Positions 36,771-46,381 of a DNA stretch of 64,000 nucleotides are shown in pieces (within the stretch, counting starts at the first letter, position 1; every line of letters begins with the position of its first letter). Source of the DNA: Bacteroidales bacterium (GTDB lineage Bacteria > Bacteroidota > Bacteroidia > Bacteroidales > WCHB1-69); the NCBI GenBank assembly GCA_017651425.1, contig JAGCCZ010000054.1:11198-75197 (forward strand), given 5' to 3'. The translations under genes were made by a program, and so were the position numbers. A model generated the notes under the pieces. That model was not told where the DNA came from. It ran no database searches and saw nothing but the letters and a program-made list of their open reading frames with translations.

Positions 36771-38393
36771 TTATTTTTTAGATTTGGCCTTGGTTTTCTT
36801 TTGTGGAGTTTCCTCATTTACAGTCGAATCGCTCCAAAGGATGATCTCATCCTTGTCAAGATTGAAGAAATGGTGCTCCATCAAGTGGTAGCTCTGGTTT
36901 GCAATCAACTTGATGCGTTTCTTGTATTTCCATCTCCATTTCATCAAAATGGAAGGAAAACCTTGTTTAAGGTAGGCAGCCACAAAGGGATGGACCATGA
37001 TGGTCACGCCCTTCTCGCCTTGTTTGTCGAACAGGAATTCCAGCATGTTGGCCAGATCGTCTTCAATCAGAATTGGCGGTTTCACCTTGCCGGTGCCGCG
37101 GCAGGTCGGGCATTGTTCGGTGGTTTCGATAATAGTGGCTTGACGCACACGCTGGCGGGTGATCTGCATGACGCAGAACTTGTTGAGGGGCAGTATGGTG
37201 TGTTTGGCTTTGTCGTTGGCCATGAACTCTTCCATGGCTTTATAGAGGGCGAGTCGGTTTTTGGCATCGTGCAGATCGACGAAGTCGATGCAGATAATGC
37301 CGCCCATGTCTCGCAGTCGGAGTTGGCGGGCGATTTCAGCGGCGGCGATAAGATTGGTGTTCAGGGCGTTCTCTTCCGGGGTCTGGCTTGACTTGACCCG
37401 GTTGCCGCTGTTGACGTCAATGACATGCATGGCCTCGGTGTGTTCTATGATAAGATAAACGCCGCTGCGCACGGTGACCACCTTGCCGAAGGAGCTCTTG
37501 ATCTGCTTGGCGACGCCGAAGCGCTCGAAGATGGGTTGCTTGTCATTGTATAGTTTGACGATATTCTCCTTGTCGGGAGAATAGAGATGCACGAAACTCT
37601 TCACCTCCTTGAAGGCATCCGGCGTATCGACATGGATGGCCTGGAAGGAGTCGTTCAGCATCTCGCGGAGCAGGGAGGAGATGCAATCTTCCTCTTGGCT
37701 CACGCGCACGGGGGGCTTGGACGCGAACAGGTTCTCGACAGCGGTATCCCACTTGTAACGCAGATGGTCAAGGTCTGCGGACAGTTCCTCGGCAGTGTGG
37801 TGCTCCGCATTGGTGCGGATAATGACGCCGAAGTTGCGGGGCTTGATGCCTTGCACAAGCGATTTGAGCCGCTTGCGTTCCTCGCCGCTGCGTATTTTCT
37901 GGGAAATCGTGACTTTGTCGTTGAAGGGCACCAACACGAGATAGCGTCCCGCAAAAGAGACCTCCGTCGTGACGCGGGGGCCTTTTGTGGAGATCGGCTC
38001 TTTGGCCACCTGGACCATCAACTGCTGGCCCGAAGTGATGACATCGCTGATCCTCCCGTTTTTGGGGACCTCGTCCAGATATTGCACACGGCTGATGCTG
38101 CGTTTGCCAGTCGTGATTGCCTGGCTCACGAACGCGTTGACGGTGCGTGCATTGACACCCAAGTCCAAATAATGCAGAAATGCCTCCTTGTCGCTGCCCA
38201 CATCCACAAATGCGGCATTGAGTCCCGGCATAATTTTCTTCACCTTGCCCAAATAGATGTCGCCCACGGAAAATTGCATGGAGGATTTCTCTCTATGGAT
38301 CTCCATCAATTTCTTGTCTTCCAGCACGGCCACCTGTACCTCATTGCCATGAGATGTGATGACAATCTCTTTCGATATTTGGGTTTCACTCAT
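36771..38393 (-). CDS. rng: Rne/Rng-family ribonuclease (RNase G-like)
   Basis: 540 aa. S1 domain GDIYLGKVKKIMPGLNAAFVDVG, then the catalytic region VIDVNSG and GIICIDFVD. Confidence 0.9.
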   Translation of the reverse strand: MSETQISKEIVITSHGNEVQVAVLEDKKLMEIHREKSSMQFSVGDIYLGKVKKIMPGLNAAFVDVGSDKEAFLHYLDLGVNARTVNAFVSQAITTGKRSISRVQYLDEVPKNGRISDVITSGQQLMVQVAKEPISTKGPRVTTEVSFAGRYLVLVPFNDKVTISQKIRSGEERKRLKSLVQGIKPRNFGVIIRTNAEHHTAEELSADLDHLRYKWDTAVENLFASKPPVRVSQEEDCISSLLREMLNDSFQAIHVDTPDAFKEVKSFVHLYSPDKENIVKLYNDKQPIFERFGVAKQIKSSFGKVVTVRSGVYLIIEHTEAMHVIDVNSGNRVKSSQTPEENALNTNLIAAAEIARQLRLRDMGGIICIDFVDLHDAKNRLALYKAMEEFMANDKAKHTILPLNKFCVMQITRQRVRQATIIETTEQCPTCRGTGKVKPPILIEDDLANMLEFLFDKQGEKGVTIMVHPFVAAYLKQGFPSILMKWRWKYKKRIKLIANQSYHLMEHHFFNLDKDEIILWSDSTVNEETPQKKTKAKSKK

Positions 38394-38415
38394 ATTTCAG
38401 GGGTCTATAAAAACA

Positions 38416-38460
38416 ATGAAAACTAAACGCGGCACAAGTGGGGCCTCGTTTAGTTTTCAT
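38416..38460 (-). terminator. 14-bp perfect stem-loop plus T-run, 22 nt upstream of the rng start (terminator/attenuator candidate)
   Basis: atgaaaactaaacg (38416-38429) pairs with cgtttagttttcat (38447-38460) across a 17-nt loop. On the minus strand it is followed by tgtttttat. Confidence 0.6.
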
Positions 38461-38479
38461 TCAGTTAACTCATAAGAGA

Positions 38480-38569
38480 CTATTTGTTCTTATGTCTGTT
38501 CTTTCTCAGACGTTTTTTTCTCTTATGAGTGGACATTTTATGTCTCTTTCTTTTCTTACCACTTGGCAT
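38480..38569 (-). CDS. 29-aa Arg/Lys-rich peptide, candidate small ribosomal protein (bS22-like)
   Basis: Own translation: ATG at 38569 gives MPSGKKRKRHKMSTHKRKKRLRKNRHKNK then TAG (38480-38482). It lies 25 nt downstream of HU on the same strand. It is below the track's size cut-off. Confidence 0.5.
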   Translation of the reverse strand: MPSGKKRKRHKMSTHKRKKRLRKNRHKNK

Positions 38570-38594
38570 AGTTATAAGGTTTTGGGTTTATGAT

Positions 38595-38879
38595 TTATTT
38601 TGTAGATTTCTTCACAGCGTTGACAAACGTCTTGCAGGGCTTGAAGGCCGGGATGTTATGGGCGGGGATGGTAATGGTTTCGTTCTTGGAGATATTACGA
38701 GCAGTCTTCATGGCTCTCTCTTTGATAATGAAACTACCGAAACCTCTCAGGTAAACATTCTCGCCACCGACCATAGAGTTCTTAACGGAGGACATGAAAA
38801 CTTCGACGATGGTTTGCACGCTGTTTTTGTCAAAACCAGTCTTGTTGGAAATCTCATTAACGATATCAGCTTTCGTCAT
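38595..38879 (-). CDS. hup: HU-family DNA-binding protein
   Basis: 94 aa. MTKADIVNEI...GFGSF...R.ARN..KNE.I.IPA matches the HU/IHF fold signature. Confidence 0.9.
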   Translation of the reverse strand: MTKADIVNEISNKTGFDKNSVQTIVEVFMSSVKNSMVGGENVYLRGFGSFIIKERAMKTARNISKNETITIPAHNIPAFKPCKTFVNAVKKSTK

Positions 38880-38928
38880 AATTTTTAAGGTTTTAATGTT
38901 AAAAAATACAGTGTTCTAATTGAGGGCG

Positions 38929-38936
38929 CAAAAATA
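38929..38936 (-). promoter_or_regulatory. Bacteroidota -7 promoter box (TATTTTTG on minus strand)
   Basis: caaaaata on the plus strand, 50 nt upstream of the HU ATG at 38879. Confidence 0.45.
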
Positions 38937-38974
38937 CAATTATTTTGCTTACGCTCCGCTATTTATGAAAAAAA

Positions 38975-39817
38975 TTATAGAATAACGTCGAAAACCTTAG
39001 TGGCGAGGCGGCTTGCACCGATTCTGAAGCAACTGTTTGAGAGCCATTCTTTACCGAGAACTTGGGTCAGCAAGTTGACATAGAGGAGGGCAGTTTCGGA
39101 ATCTGAGATGCCTCCGGCTGCTTTTATGCTCACTTTTCGCCCCGTTTTCTCATGGTGTCTCCGGACGGCATCCATCATGACGACGAAAGCCTCCGGAGTG
39201 GCGTTCACCGCGATCTTGCCCGTGGAAGTCTTGATGAAGTCGGCGCCGGCGAGCATGGCCAACTGGGAGGCCCTGTAGATGTTGTTCGGCGTCTTTAACT
39301 CACCGGTTTCCAATATGACCTTAAGGGTGACATCCTTGCAGACCTCACGGATAACACGGATCTCGTCGAAGACCTCCTGCAAGTTGCCTTCCAGGAACTT
39401 GCCTCTTGATATGACCATGTCGATCTCGTCGGCGCCCTGCTGGATGGCGTACTTGATCTCGGCCACCTTGATCTCGATGGGCGACTGCCCGGCGGGGAAG
39501 GCACCCGCAACAGATGCAACTCTGATGTCCGTTCCTTGCAAGACCGTCTTGGCCTGCTTCACAAAAGGCGGATATACGCACACCGCAGCCGTGGATGGGA
39601 TACGGCGTTTCTCGTTCCGGAACCCGATGGCCTTGCGACAAAGCGATTCCACAACGGCCTTGTTGTCCGAGCCCTCCAAGGTTGTGAGGTCTATGCTGCC
39701 CAAGATGAAACGGTAGGCTTCCTGCTCGTCCATGGCACGAAGCGGCTTGGACATCAAAGTTTGAAGACGCTGTTTTAATTGCGCGTCGGTATAAGGGTAA
39801 TCTTCTATTTCAATCAT
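38975..39817 (-). CDS. deoC: deoxyribose-phosphate aldolase
   Basis: ATG at 39817 (the track start at 39844 is TTG). IDLTTLEG, CVYPPFV, GADEIDMVI, KVILETGEL and the Schiff-base lysine region FIKTSTGK. Confidence 0.85.
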   Translation of the reverse strand: MIEIEDYPYTDAQLKQRLQTLMSKPLRAMDEQEAYRFILGSIDLTTLEGSDNKAVVESLCRKAIGFRNEKRRIPSTAAVCVYPPFVKQAKTVLQGTDIRVASVAGAFPAGQSPIEIKVAEIKYAIQQGADEIDMVISRGKFLEGNLQEVFDEIRVIREVCKDVTLKVILETGELKTPNNIYRASQLAMLAGADFIKTSTGKIAVNATPEAFVVMMDAVRRHHEKTGRKVSIKAAGGISDSETALLYVNLLTQVLGKEWLSNSCFRIGASRLATKVFDVIL

Positions 39818-40901
39818 GATTCTTGTTTTTTTTGAATTTGTCAATTGCCAATTTTAAAGAAAAGATGTGCGAATACTGAGCGATGGAGAGATCCCCGATG
39901 TCAGTGAACGCATAGTCGATGGTAGCGAAGCCTTTGATGCAGACCCCCAGTCCGAGATTTATTTGGAGAGTTGTGCGGTTCTTTCCGTCGAAATCGGGCT
40001 CCTTCTGGAAGTTGCCGAGGCCCGCGCGCAAGGCTACAATATTCTTATAGGCGAACTCCATGCCGAAGTGCGGGTCCATGCTCATCACGGAAGTGCTGAC
40101 CAAGTTGTTGCGCCGCCCGTCAAAGGTGCAGTCGAGCCCCAGGGCGAAAGTGGCGTTGAAACCCTTGCCGAACTCCACCTTCTTGGCGCCGCTCAGCAGA
40201 AGCGCCGGCATGGTCAGCTCAAGGCTGTTTTCCGGCAGCTCATTGCCCGTGCGCTGGAAAGTCTCCAACATTTCGTCGGTAAGCTGATAGCTCCAGGCAT
40301 TGAACGACGAAGTGCCGTCGCGAAGCATGGCCCCGGCCTGCCAGCCCTTGTGATGGTATTGAAGTCCAAAATCGAGGCCGAAGCCCCAGGCATGGGCGAA
40401 CTTCCCGATGTTGCGGTAGATGATCTTGGCGTTGGCGCCCAAGGCAAGGCCCTCGACCTTGGAGAAAGCGTATGCGTAGCTCAAGAGGAGCGCATTGTCG
40501 GAGGTGGAGAAATAGGATATCCTGTCATAGTCAACATTCCCCTGGGCATCTATCAGCTGAGTGGTGTTCATTATGTTATCAACACCGAAGCGGATATAGG
40601 AGAGCGCCACGGAAGAGTGGTCGTCCACACGATAAGCCACGCCGGCATAGTCATACTTGGCAATGCCCGCGAAATACTCGGCGTGCATCAGGGCAAGTTG
40701 GTATCGCTTGTCCATCCTTGACAAGCCGGCAGGATTCCAATAGGCGGAGGTCACATCGTCGGAGATGGCGGTCATGGTGTTGGACATCGCCAGTCCTCGC
40801 GCACCGATGCCCAGCGACAAGAACTCGTTGCTGTACTTGTTCTGCGCCATTCCTGCAACGCATCCCGCCAAAGCCAAGAAAAGGATTATTGTTCTCTTCA
40901 T
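39810..40901 (-). CDS. PorV/PorQ-family outer-membrane beta-barrel (T9SS-associated family)
   Basis: 363 aa. Signal peptide, then GIGARGLAMSNTMTAISDDVTSAYWNPAGL, typical of the PorV/PorQ (FadL-like) family. Confidence 0.55.
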   Translation of the reverse strand: MKRTIILFLALAGCVAGMAQNKYSNEFLSLGIGARGLAMSNTMTAISDDVTSAYWNPAGLSRMDKRYQLALMHAEYFAGIAKYDYAGVAYRVDDHSSVALSYIRFGVDNIMNTTQLIDAQGNVDYDRISYFSTSDNALLLSYAYAFSKVEGLALGANAKIIYRNIGKFAHAWGFGLDFGLQYHHKGWQAGAMLRDGTSSFNAWSYQLTDEMLETFQRTGNELPENSLELTMPALLLSGAKKVEFGKGFNATFALGLDCTFDGRRNNLVSTSVMSMDPHFGMEFAYKNIVALRAGLGNFQKEPDFDGKNRTTLQINLGLGVCIKGFATIDYAFTDIGDLSIAQYSHIFSLKLAIDKFKKNKNHD

Positions 40902-40940
40902 TAAAAGCCGTTTATGATGTGTAACGTCTTTCCCGGACGA

Positions 40941-42128
40941 TTATTGTTTGGCCTCCAGACCTCTTTTAATGTTTTTTCCGGTCATATAGCTTTTATGGTC
41001 CCCGGAAAAGAGATCATAGCCAAGAAAACGGCACTCTAACGGTCCGTTGTAGAGTGTGGACTTGAAATTGGGCTTGAGCCCGACATGTTTCAACGCCTGC
41101 AAGTCGGAGCTGATCATGAAGGCTCTGCAGCCAGCGTAGTTATGTTTGAGGGTGTCACCGATTTCGGCATAGAAGTCGCTGATATCGTTCACCTCAAGGC
41201 GTTCGCCGTAGGGTGGGTTCATCATCACGAGGGCCGGCGTGCGGGACGGCTTCGACTGCCGCATGTCCTTGCGTTCCACATGGATGAAGTCACCCAGCCG
41301 GGCTCTATCCACGTTGTCACGTGCCATTTCCACAAACTTAGGGTTGATGTCGCTGCCGTAAAACTCCACGGGAACATCGTCAAGGATGCGTGCCTGGTTG
41401 CGGATATTCCTCCAGCGTTGCGGATCATGGCGTTTCCAGTGCATAAAGCCGTAATCGCGGCGATAGAATCCCGCCGGGATGTGCAAGGCGATCATGGTGG
41501 CCTCTATGGGCAAGGTGGCCCCGCCACACATCGGGTCGATGAAGTCACATGTGCCGTCGTAGCCGGCCAACATGAGCATGGCCGCCGCCACCACCTCGTT
41601 GATGGGCGCCGGATGGTTGCGGACCTTGTACCCGCGCTTGTGCAACGACTCGCCGGAACTGTCCAAGAACAGCTGTGCCTCATCCCTGAAAATGTGCAAG
41701 TGGAACTGCACATCCGGAGCGTCCCGATCCACAGAGGGGCGCTCACCGTAAAGGTCCCGGAAGCGGTCGCAGATGGCATCCTTCGCCAAAACGGAGGCGA
41801 AAAGAGGCGTCTTGAAAATCGACTCCGCAATGGTGGCATGCACAGCCATCGTGCCGTCCTGGCGCAAGTGTTCCTCGGCCGGATAGTCAAACAGCTGCTC
41901 GTAAAACTGCCGATTGCTGTTGAACGTGAAAGTCTTCTGCCGCCATAGCACCCGCAATGCCGTTCTACAAAAATAGTTTGCCTTGTACATCAGATCCATC
42001 GGACCCTCAAAAGAGACGGCACGACTCATCGCCTGACAGTTCTCCGCGCCCAACGACTCAAGTTCCGATTTCAGCAACGGCTCCAAACCCGAAAAAGTTT
42101 TGGCAACATAAAATTCCTTGTTCTCCAT
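40941..42128 (-). CDS. THUMP-domain class I SAM-dependent RNA methyltransferase (UPF0020/RlmL-N-like)
   Basis: ATG at 42128 (MENKEFYVAKTF...). THUMP region, then DPMCGGATLPIEA and the catalytic NPPYGER. Confidence 0.8.
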   Translation of the reverse strand: MENKEFYVAKTFSGLEPLLKSELESLGAENCQAMSRAVSFEGPMDLMYKANYFCRTALRVLWRQKTFTFNSNRQFYEQLFDYPAEEHLRQDGTMAVHATIAESIFKTPLFASVLAKDAICDRFRDLYGERPSVDRDAPDVQFHLHIFRDEAQLFLDSSGESLHKRGYKVRNHPAPINEVVAAAMLMLAGYDGTCDFIDPMCGGATLPIEATMIALHIPAGFYRRDYGFMHWKRHDPQRWRNIRNQARILDDVPVEFYGSDINPKFVEMARDNVDRARLGDFIHVERKDMRQSKPSRTPALVMMNPPYGERLEVNDISDFYAEIGDTLKHNYAGCRAFMISSDLQALKHVGLKPNFKSTLYNGPLECRFLGYDLFSGDHKSYMTGKNIKRGLEAKQ

Positions 42129-42225
42129 TACAATAATATATTCAGTGGCGTATAAACATCCTGCATTGCTTTTGCCTGAACATGAGCCATTCAAGGCATC
42201 ATGCCGGGCAAAACCAAATCGGCCG

Positions 42226-42233
42226 CAAAAATA
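42226..42233 (-). promoter_or_regulatory. Bacteroidota -7 promoter box (TATTTTTG on minus strand)
   Basis: caaaaata on the plus strand, 98 nt upstream of the ATG at 42128. Confidence 0.35.
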
Positions 42234-42312
42234 CAAAATATCGCGCCAGTCAAGATATATCCTTTGTTATGTTTTTATTTTTAAAATATTGTCATTGGTA
42301 TAATTTTTTTTG

Positions 42313-42320
42313 TATTTTTG
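42313..42320 (+). promoter_or_regulatory. Bacteroidota -7 promoter box (TATTTTTG)
   Basis: Matches TAnnTTTG, 80 nt upstream of the response-regulator ATG at 42400. Confidence 0.4.
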
Positions 42321-42399
42321 CGCAATTTTAAGAATTTAAAGAAAAATAGTTAAAATTAAATATACCATAAAGACATAAAAATTTGAAAAATAACTAATT

Positions 42400-43176
42400 A
42401 TGGAAAACAACAAGGAAAAAATCATGTTAGTCGATGACAGCGAAAACCTGCGCTATGTCATTAAAGACTATTTTGAAATGGAAGGTTATGAAGTGATTGA
42501 CTTCAAAGATGGCGACATGGCAGCCAAGGCTTACAACACAGACATGTACGATTTGTGCATCATCGATGTCGTTCTGCCTGGCAAAGATGGCTTCTCGCTC
42601 CTTCAGGAGATCCGGAAGATCGACGATTTCACCCCCATCATCATCCTCACCTCGAAAGCATCCAAGGAGGAACGCATCAAAGGTTTCAAATTTGGGTGCG
42701 ACGACTATGTGGCCAAGCCTTTCAGCATTGAGGAGTTGGAGTTGCGTGTGCGGGCCATCCTGAAACGATGCAAGCGCGGTGCCGCCATGCAGAAGGCACT
42801 CTATGAGGAGAAGATTTACAAGTTAGGCAATTTCACCTTCAACTTCAGCGGCATGCAGCTCATTCACCCGAAGGTCACCCGTACGCTCACGCGCAAGGAA
42901 GCCGAGCTTCTCAAGCTCTTGTTGGACCACAAGAACAAGCTTATCCCCCGCGAGATCATCCTCAAAGAGGTCTGGGGCGAAGACGACCACGCCGTCGGAA
43001 GAAGCATGGACGTGTTCCTCACCAAGCTGCGCTCCTATCTCCAGGTTGACGATCTCGAGCATATCGCCCCGAAGGAGAAAGGCAAGCGCAAAGTCACTTA
43101 CATTGACAACTACAAGCCCTTGGTGGAAATCGTCAACGTCCATGGGACCGGCTTCATGCTCAAGGTGGCCGAATAG
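42400..43176 (+). CDS. OmpR/PhoB-type response regulator (receiver + winged helix)
   Basis: 258 aa. Receiver domain IMLVDDSE...DLCIIDVVLPGKDG...ILTSK. The wHTH region is LTRKEAELLKLL...VWGEDD...SMDVFLTKLR...GTGFMLKV. No histidine kinase is adjacent. Confidence 0.85.
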   Translation: MENNKEKIMLVDDSENLRYVIKDYFEMEGYEVIDFKDGDMAAKAYNTDMYDLCIIDVVLPGKDGFSLLQEIRKIDDFTPIIILTSKASKEERIKGFKFGCDDYVAKPFSIEELELRVRAILKRCKRGAAMQKALYEEKIYKLGNFTFNFSGMQLIHPKVTRTLTRKEAELLKLLLDHKNKLIPREIILKEVWGEDDHAVGRSMDVFLTKLRSYLQVDDLEHIAPKEKGKRKVTYIDNYKPLVEIVNVHGTGFMLKVAE

Positions 43177-43225
43177 CAGTCTGTTTCCCTGACATTTTTT
43201 TCATTCACTCTCGAAAAAAAGCATC

Positions 43226-44089
43226 ATGATCATAGACAAACTTTTCGAAAAAGTTGCCCAAAACGGACATGTTTGCGTAGGTTTGGACACAGATTACAGT
43301 TACCTGCCCGCTGACATGGCCCAGCGCTTCCCCGACATTGAGGAGGGGCTTTTCCAATTCAACAAAGCTCTTGTCGAGGCCACCTTGGACGTGGCGGCAT
43401 GTTACAAAGTGCAGATTGCCTACTACGAGTCATACGGCTTGGCAGGACTTCGTGCCTACCAGCGCACGTTAGCGCTCCTTCGGGAAGTGCAAGCGGTCAC
43501 CATCGCCGACATCAAGCGCGGCGACATCGCCAAGACCGCCGAGATGTATGCCAAGGCCCATTTCACCGGCGACTTCGAGGCCGACTTCGTCACGCTCAGC
43601 CCCTACATGGGCTTGGACAGTCTCACGCCCTACCTGCCCTACGTGCAGAACCACAACAAAGGTGTTTTCGTGCTCATCCGCACCTCCAACGAAGGGGCCA
43701 AGGACATCGAGTACCTTCCCACGGGCAACAGGCGCGTCTATCACGTCGTGGGTGAGAAAATCAACGAAATGGGGCGTGACTATCTGGGTGCTTGCGGCTA
43801 TTCGGGCATCGGCGGCGTCATGGGGTGTACCCATGCCGACGAGGCCTCCGAGATCCGCCAGATGCTCGCGTCCACCTTCTTCCTGATTCCCGGATATGGT
43901 GCCCAGGGCGGCAAGGCCGAGGACATCGCCAAGTACCTCCGCAACGGCAACGGCGGTGTGGTCAACTCCTCCCGCGGCATATTGCTGGCTTACCGGAAGC
44001 AGCCCAACGGAGAGCTGCACTTTGCCGACTGCGCCCGCGCAGAAGCCATCCGCATGCGGGATGACATCCGGAACGCCATCCAACAGTAA
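43226..44089 (+). CDS. pyrF: orotidine 5'-phosphate decarboxylase (type 2)
   Basis: 287 aa. VCVGLDTD, ADIKRGDI and LIPGYGAQGG. Confidence 0.9.
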   Translation: MIIDKLFEKVAQNGHVCVGLDTDYSYLPADMAQRFPDIEEGLFQFNKALVEATLDVAACYKVQIAYYESYGLAGLRAYQRTLALLREVQAVTIADIKRGDIAKTAEMYAKAHFTGDFEADFVTLSPYMGLDSLTPYLPYVQNHNKGVFVLIRTSNEGAKDIEYLPTGNRRVYHVVGEKINEMGRDYLGACGYSGIGGVMGCTHADEASEIRQMLASTFFLIPGYGAQGGKAEDIAKYLRNGNGGVVNSSRGILLAYRKQPNGELHFADCARAEAIRMRDDIRNAIQQ

Positions 44090-44151
44090 TCTTACAATGG
44101 GAGAACATCTACTTGTTCTCCCATTTGCCATATAACCAAACCATTAGCTCC

Positions 44152-44886
44152 ATGAATTACATCGATTCGACAGTCATCTCCCAACATCAGCTGACCGAGG
44201 ACATCTTTGTGTTGGAAACCGAGCGGAAGGGCGCAGATGCCCATGCCGGACAATTTTTCATGCTCAAGGCCTGGGAGCGCGAGCTCACCCTGATGCGCCC
44301 CATCAGCATCTTCAAGGCCGACGAGACAACACTGCATTTCATGTATCGAGTCGTCGGGCAGGGCACCCGCAAACTTGCGGAGCTCAAGGCCGGCGACCCC
44401 ATCACGTTGACAGGCGCTCTGGGCACAGGATACCCTGTCGAGCAGACCACTGGCCATGTAGCCCTCGTGGGCGGCGGCCTCGGCATCCCGCCGCTTTGCC
44501 AAACAGCCAAGGAGCTGACCGCCAAAGGCGTTCAGGTGGATGCCTACTTGGGGTTCCGCGACCAACTTTTTGCCCTCGACGATTTCGAGCCCTACTGCAG
44601 CAACATCTTCGTCTCCACAGAGGTGGGCGAAGAAGGCTACAGGGGCTATATCACCGACCTGCTCAAGCCAGGACAATACGATACTGTTTACACCTGTGGT
44701 CCCGAAGTGATGATGCGCAAAGTGGCCGCGCTGTGCGCTGAACAGAAGACGCCCTGCTGGTGTTCCATGGAGCATCGCATGGCCTGCGGCATCGGAGCCT
44801 GCCTCGGATGCAGCATCCGCACCGCCGAAGGCATGAAGCGCGTCTGCAAAGAGGGGCCCGTCTTCCCCGCCCATATCATTTTCTGA
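44152..44886 (+). CDS. pyrK: dihydroorotate dehydrogenase electron-transfer subunit
   Basis: ATG at 44152 (the track start at 44113 is TTG). FAD/NAD-binding region ([14 protein letters not shown]) and a C-terminal 2Fe-2S Cys cluster CGIGACLGC...C. Confidence 0.85.
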   Translation: MNYIDSTVISQHQLTEDIFVLETERKGADAHAGQFFMLKAWERELTLMRPISIFKADETTLHFMYRVVGQGTRKLAELKAGDPITLTGALGTGYPVEQTTGHVALVGGGLGIPPLCQTAKELTAKGVQVDAYLGFRDQLFALDDFEPYCSNIFVSTEVGEEGYRGYITDLLKPGQYDTVYTCGPEVMMRKVAALCAEQKTPCWCSMEHRMACGIGACLGCSIRTAEGMKRVCKEGPVFPAHIIF

Positions 44887-44912
44887 ATCGTCAACAACAA
44901 AATATCGACATC

Positions 44913-45812
44913 ATGGATCTATCCACCACCATCAACGGCGTTCACTTCAAGAACCCCATCGTTGCCGCTTCCGGCACTTTCGGATTCGGGGACGAGTATA
45001 ATGAATTGTACGATGTCAGCTGCCTGGGCGGCATCAGCTCAAAAGGGCTGACATGGATTCCCAAGGACGGCAACGAAGGCATTCGCGTTTACGAGACCGC
45101 ATCCGGAATGATGAACAGCGTGGGACTGCAAAACCCCGGCGTGCGTGCGTTTGTCGAGGAGGGCATCGCCAAGATGCGCCGTTTCGACACCGTGCTCATC
45201 GCCAACATGGGCGGCAGCTGCATAGAGGACTATGTCGCAGGGGCGGAACTGCTTTCCCGCGCCGACATCGACATGCTGGAGCTGAACATCTCCTGTCCCA
45301 ACGTCAAGAGCGGGGGCATGGCTTTCGGCATCAAGGCGGACGTGGCCCGCGAGGCAGTGGCCGCCGTGCGGAAATCCTGTTCCAAGCCGCTGATCGTCAA
45401 GCTTTCCCCAAATGCCGAGAACATCGTGGAGATGGCACTTGCCTGCGAGGAGGCCGGCGCGGACTCCCTCTCGCTGGTCAACACCTTCCAAGCCTTGGCC
45501 ATCGACATTCATCGTCGCAAGCCTGTTTTCAACAACGTTTACGCCGGTCTCTCAGGACCCGCCATCAAACCCATTGCCTTGCGCATGGTACACTCGGTTT
45601 GCAAACAGGTAAAGGTGCCTGTGTTCGGCATCGGCGGCATCGCCACTGCCCAAGATGTGCTTGAGTTCATCATGGCCGGCGCTTCCGCCGTGCAAGTCGG
45701 CACGGCCAACTTCAACGACCCGCTTGCTTGCAGACATATCATTGATGATTTGCAGACTCTTTGCGAAAAAGAGGGAATCCACCGCTGGGACGAAGTGCGG
45801 GGCTGCATCTGA
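44913..45812 (+). CDS. pyrD: dihydroorotate dehydrogenase B catalytic subunit
   Basis: ATG at 44913 inside ORF 44760..45812: [32 protein letters not shown] and GGIATAQD. Confidence 0.9.
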   Translation: MDLSTTINGVHFKNPIVAASGTFGFGDEYNELYDVSCLGGISSKGLTWIPKDGNEGIRVYETASGMMNSVGLQNPGVRAFVEEGIAKMRRFDTVLIANMGGSCIEDYVAGAELLSRADIDMLELNISCPNVKSGGMAFGIKADVAREAVAAVRKSCSKPLIVKLSPNAENIVEMALACEEAGADSLSLVNTFQALAIDIHRRKPVFNNVYAGLSGPAIKPIALRMVHSVCKQVKVPVFGIGGIATAQDVLEFIMAGASAVQVGTANFNDPLACRHIIDDLQTLCEKEGIHRWDEVRGCI

Positions 45813-45851
45813 CGTTTTTATTCCAAAACATTGTAAAACAAATATAACGAT

Positions 45852-46337
45852 ATGAAAACCATTTCTTTAGAATCTCGGATTCTGGTATATGAAAATCGCG
45901 ACGAGGTGCCCTCCGACATCCAGATGCTCTTGGCTGAGGCGGAACAAGCCGCCACACGCGCATACGCGAGATACTCCCACTTCCAAGTCGGGGCGGCCAT
46001 ATTGATGAACAACGGGCAAGTGGTCACGGGCAGCAATCAGGAAAACGCAGTCTATCCCTGCGGACTTTGTGCCGAGAGGAATGCCGCTTTTGCCGCGTCA
46101 GCACGTTTCCCGGAAGTGCCCTTCTCCCGCATCGCAATCACGGCCATCAATCCTGTGGAGACACTCAAAGTGCCCGTTTCCCCGTGCGGCAGCTGTCGGC
46201 AGGTGCTTTTCGAGTATGAACAGAAATTCGGCCAGCCCATCGAAGTGATTCTCTCCGGCCAGGAAGGCCCCATTTACCACCTGCGCAGCGTGGCCGATCT
46301 TCTGCCCTATACCTTCTCTGCAGATTTCTTACCTTAA
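45852..46337 (+). CDS. cdd: cytidine deaminase
   Basis: 161 aa. Zinc motifs CAERNA and PCGSCRQ. Confidence 0.9.
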   Translation: MKTISLESRILVYENRDEVPSDIQMLLAEAEQAATRAYARYSHFQVGAAILMNNGQVVTGSNQENAVYPCGLCAERNAAFAASARFPEVPFSRIAITAINPVETLKVPVSPCGSCRQVLFEYEQKFGQPIEVILSGQEGPIYHLRSVADLLPYTFSADFLP

Positions 46338-46381
46338 ACACAACCACCATTTTTGCACTTTTGCGGCACCATACCGAAAAA

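Noticed and set aside
35099-37391. Plus-strand ORFs 35099..36238 (379 aa) and 36324..37391 (355 aa)
   Set aside because: They are antisense to prfB and to recX/rng respectively. Both real genes have unmistakable motifs on the minus strand.
43469-44874. Minus-strand ORFs 43469..44131 and 44092..44874
   Set aside because: They are antisense to pyrF and pyrK.
46341-46368. Possible -7 promoter box for the ABC permease (catttttg / cacttttg)
   Set aside because: Both candidates lack the TA dinucleotide of TAnnTTTG, so I did not call a promoter. The gene may be co-transcribed with cdd.
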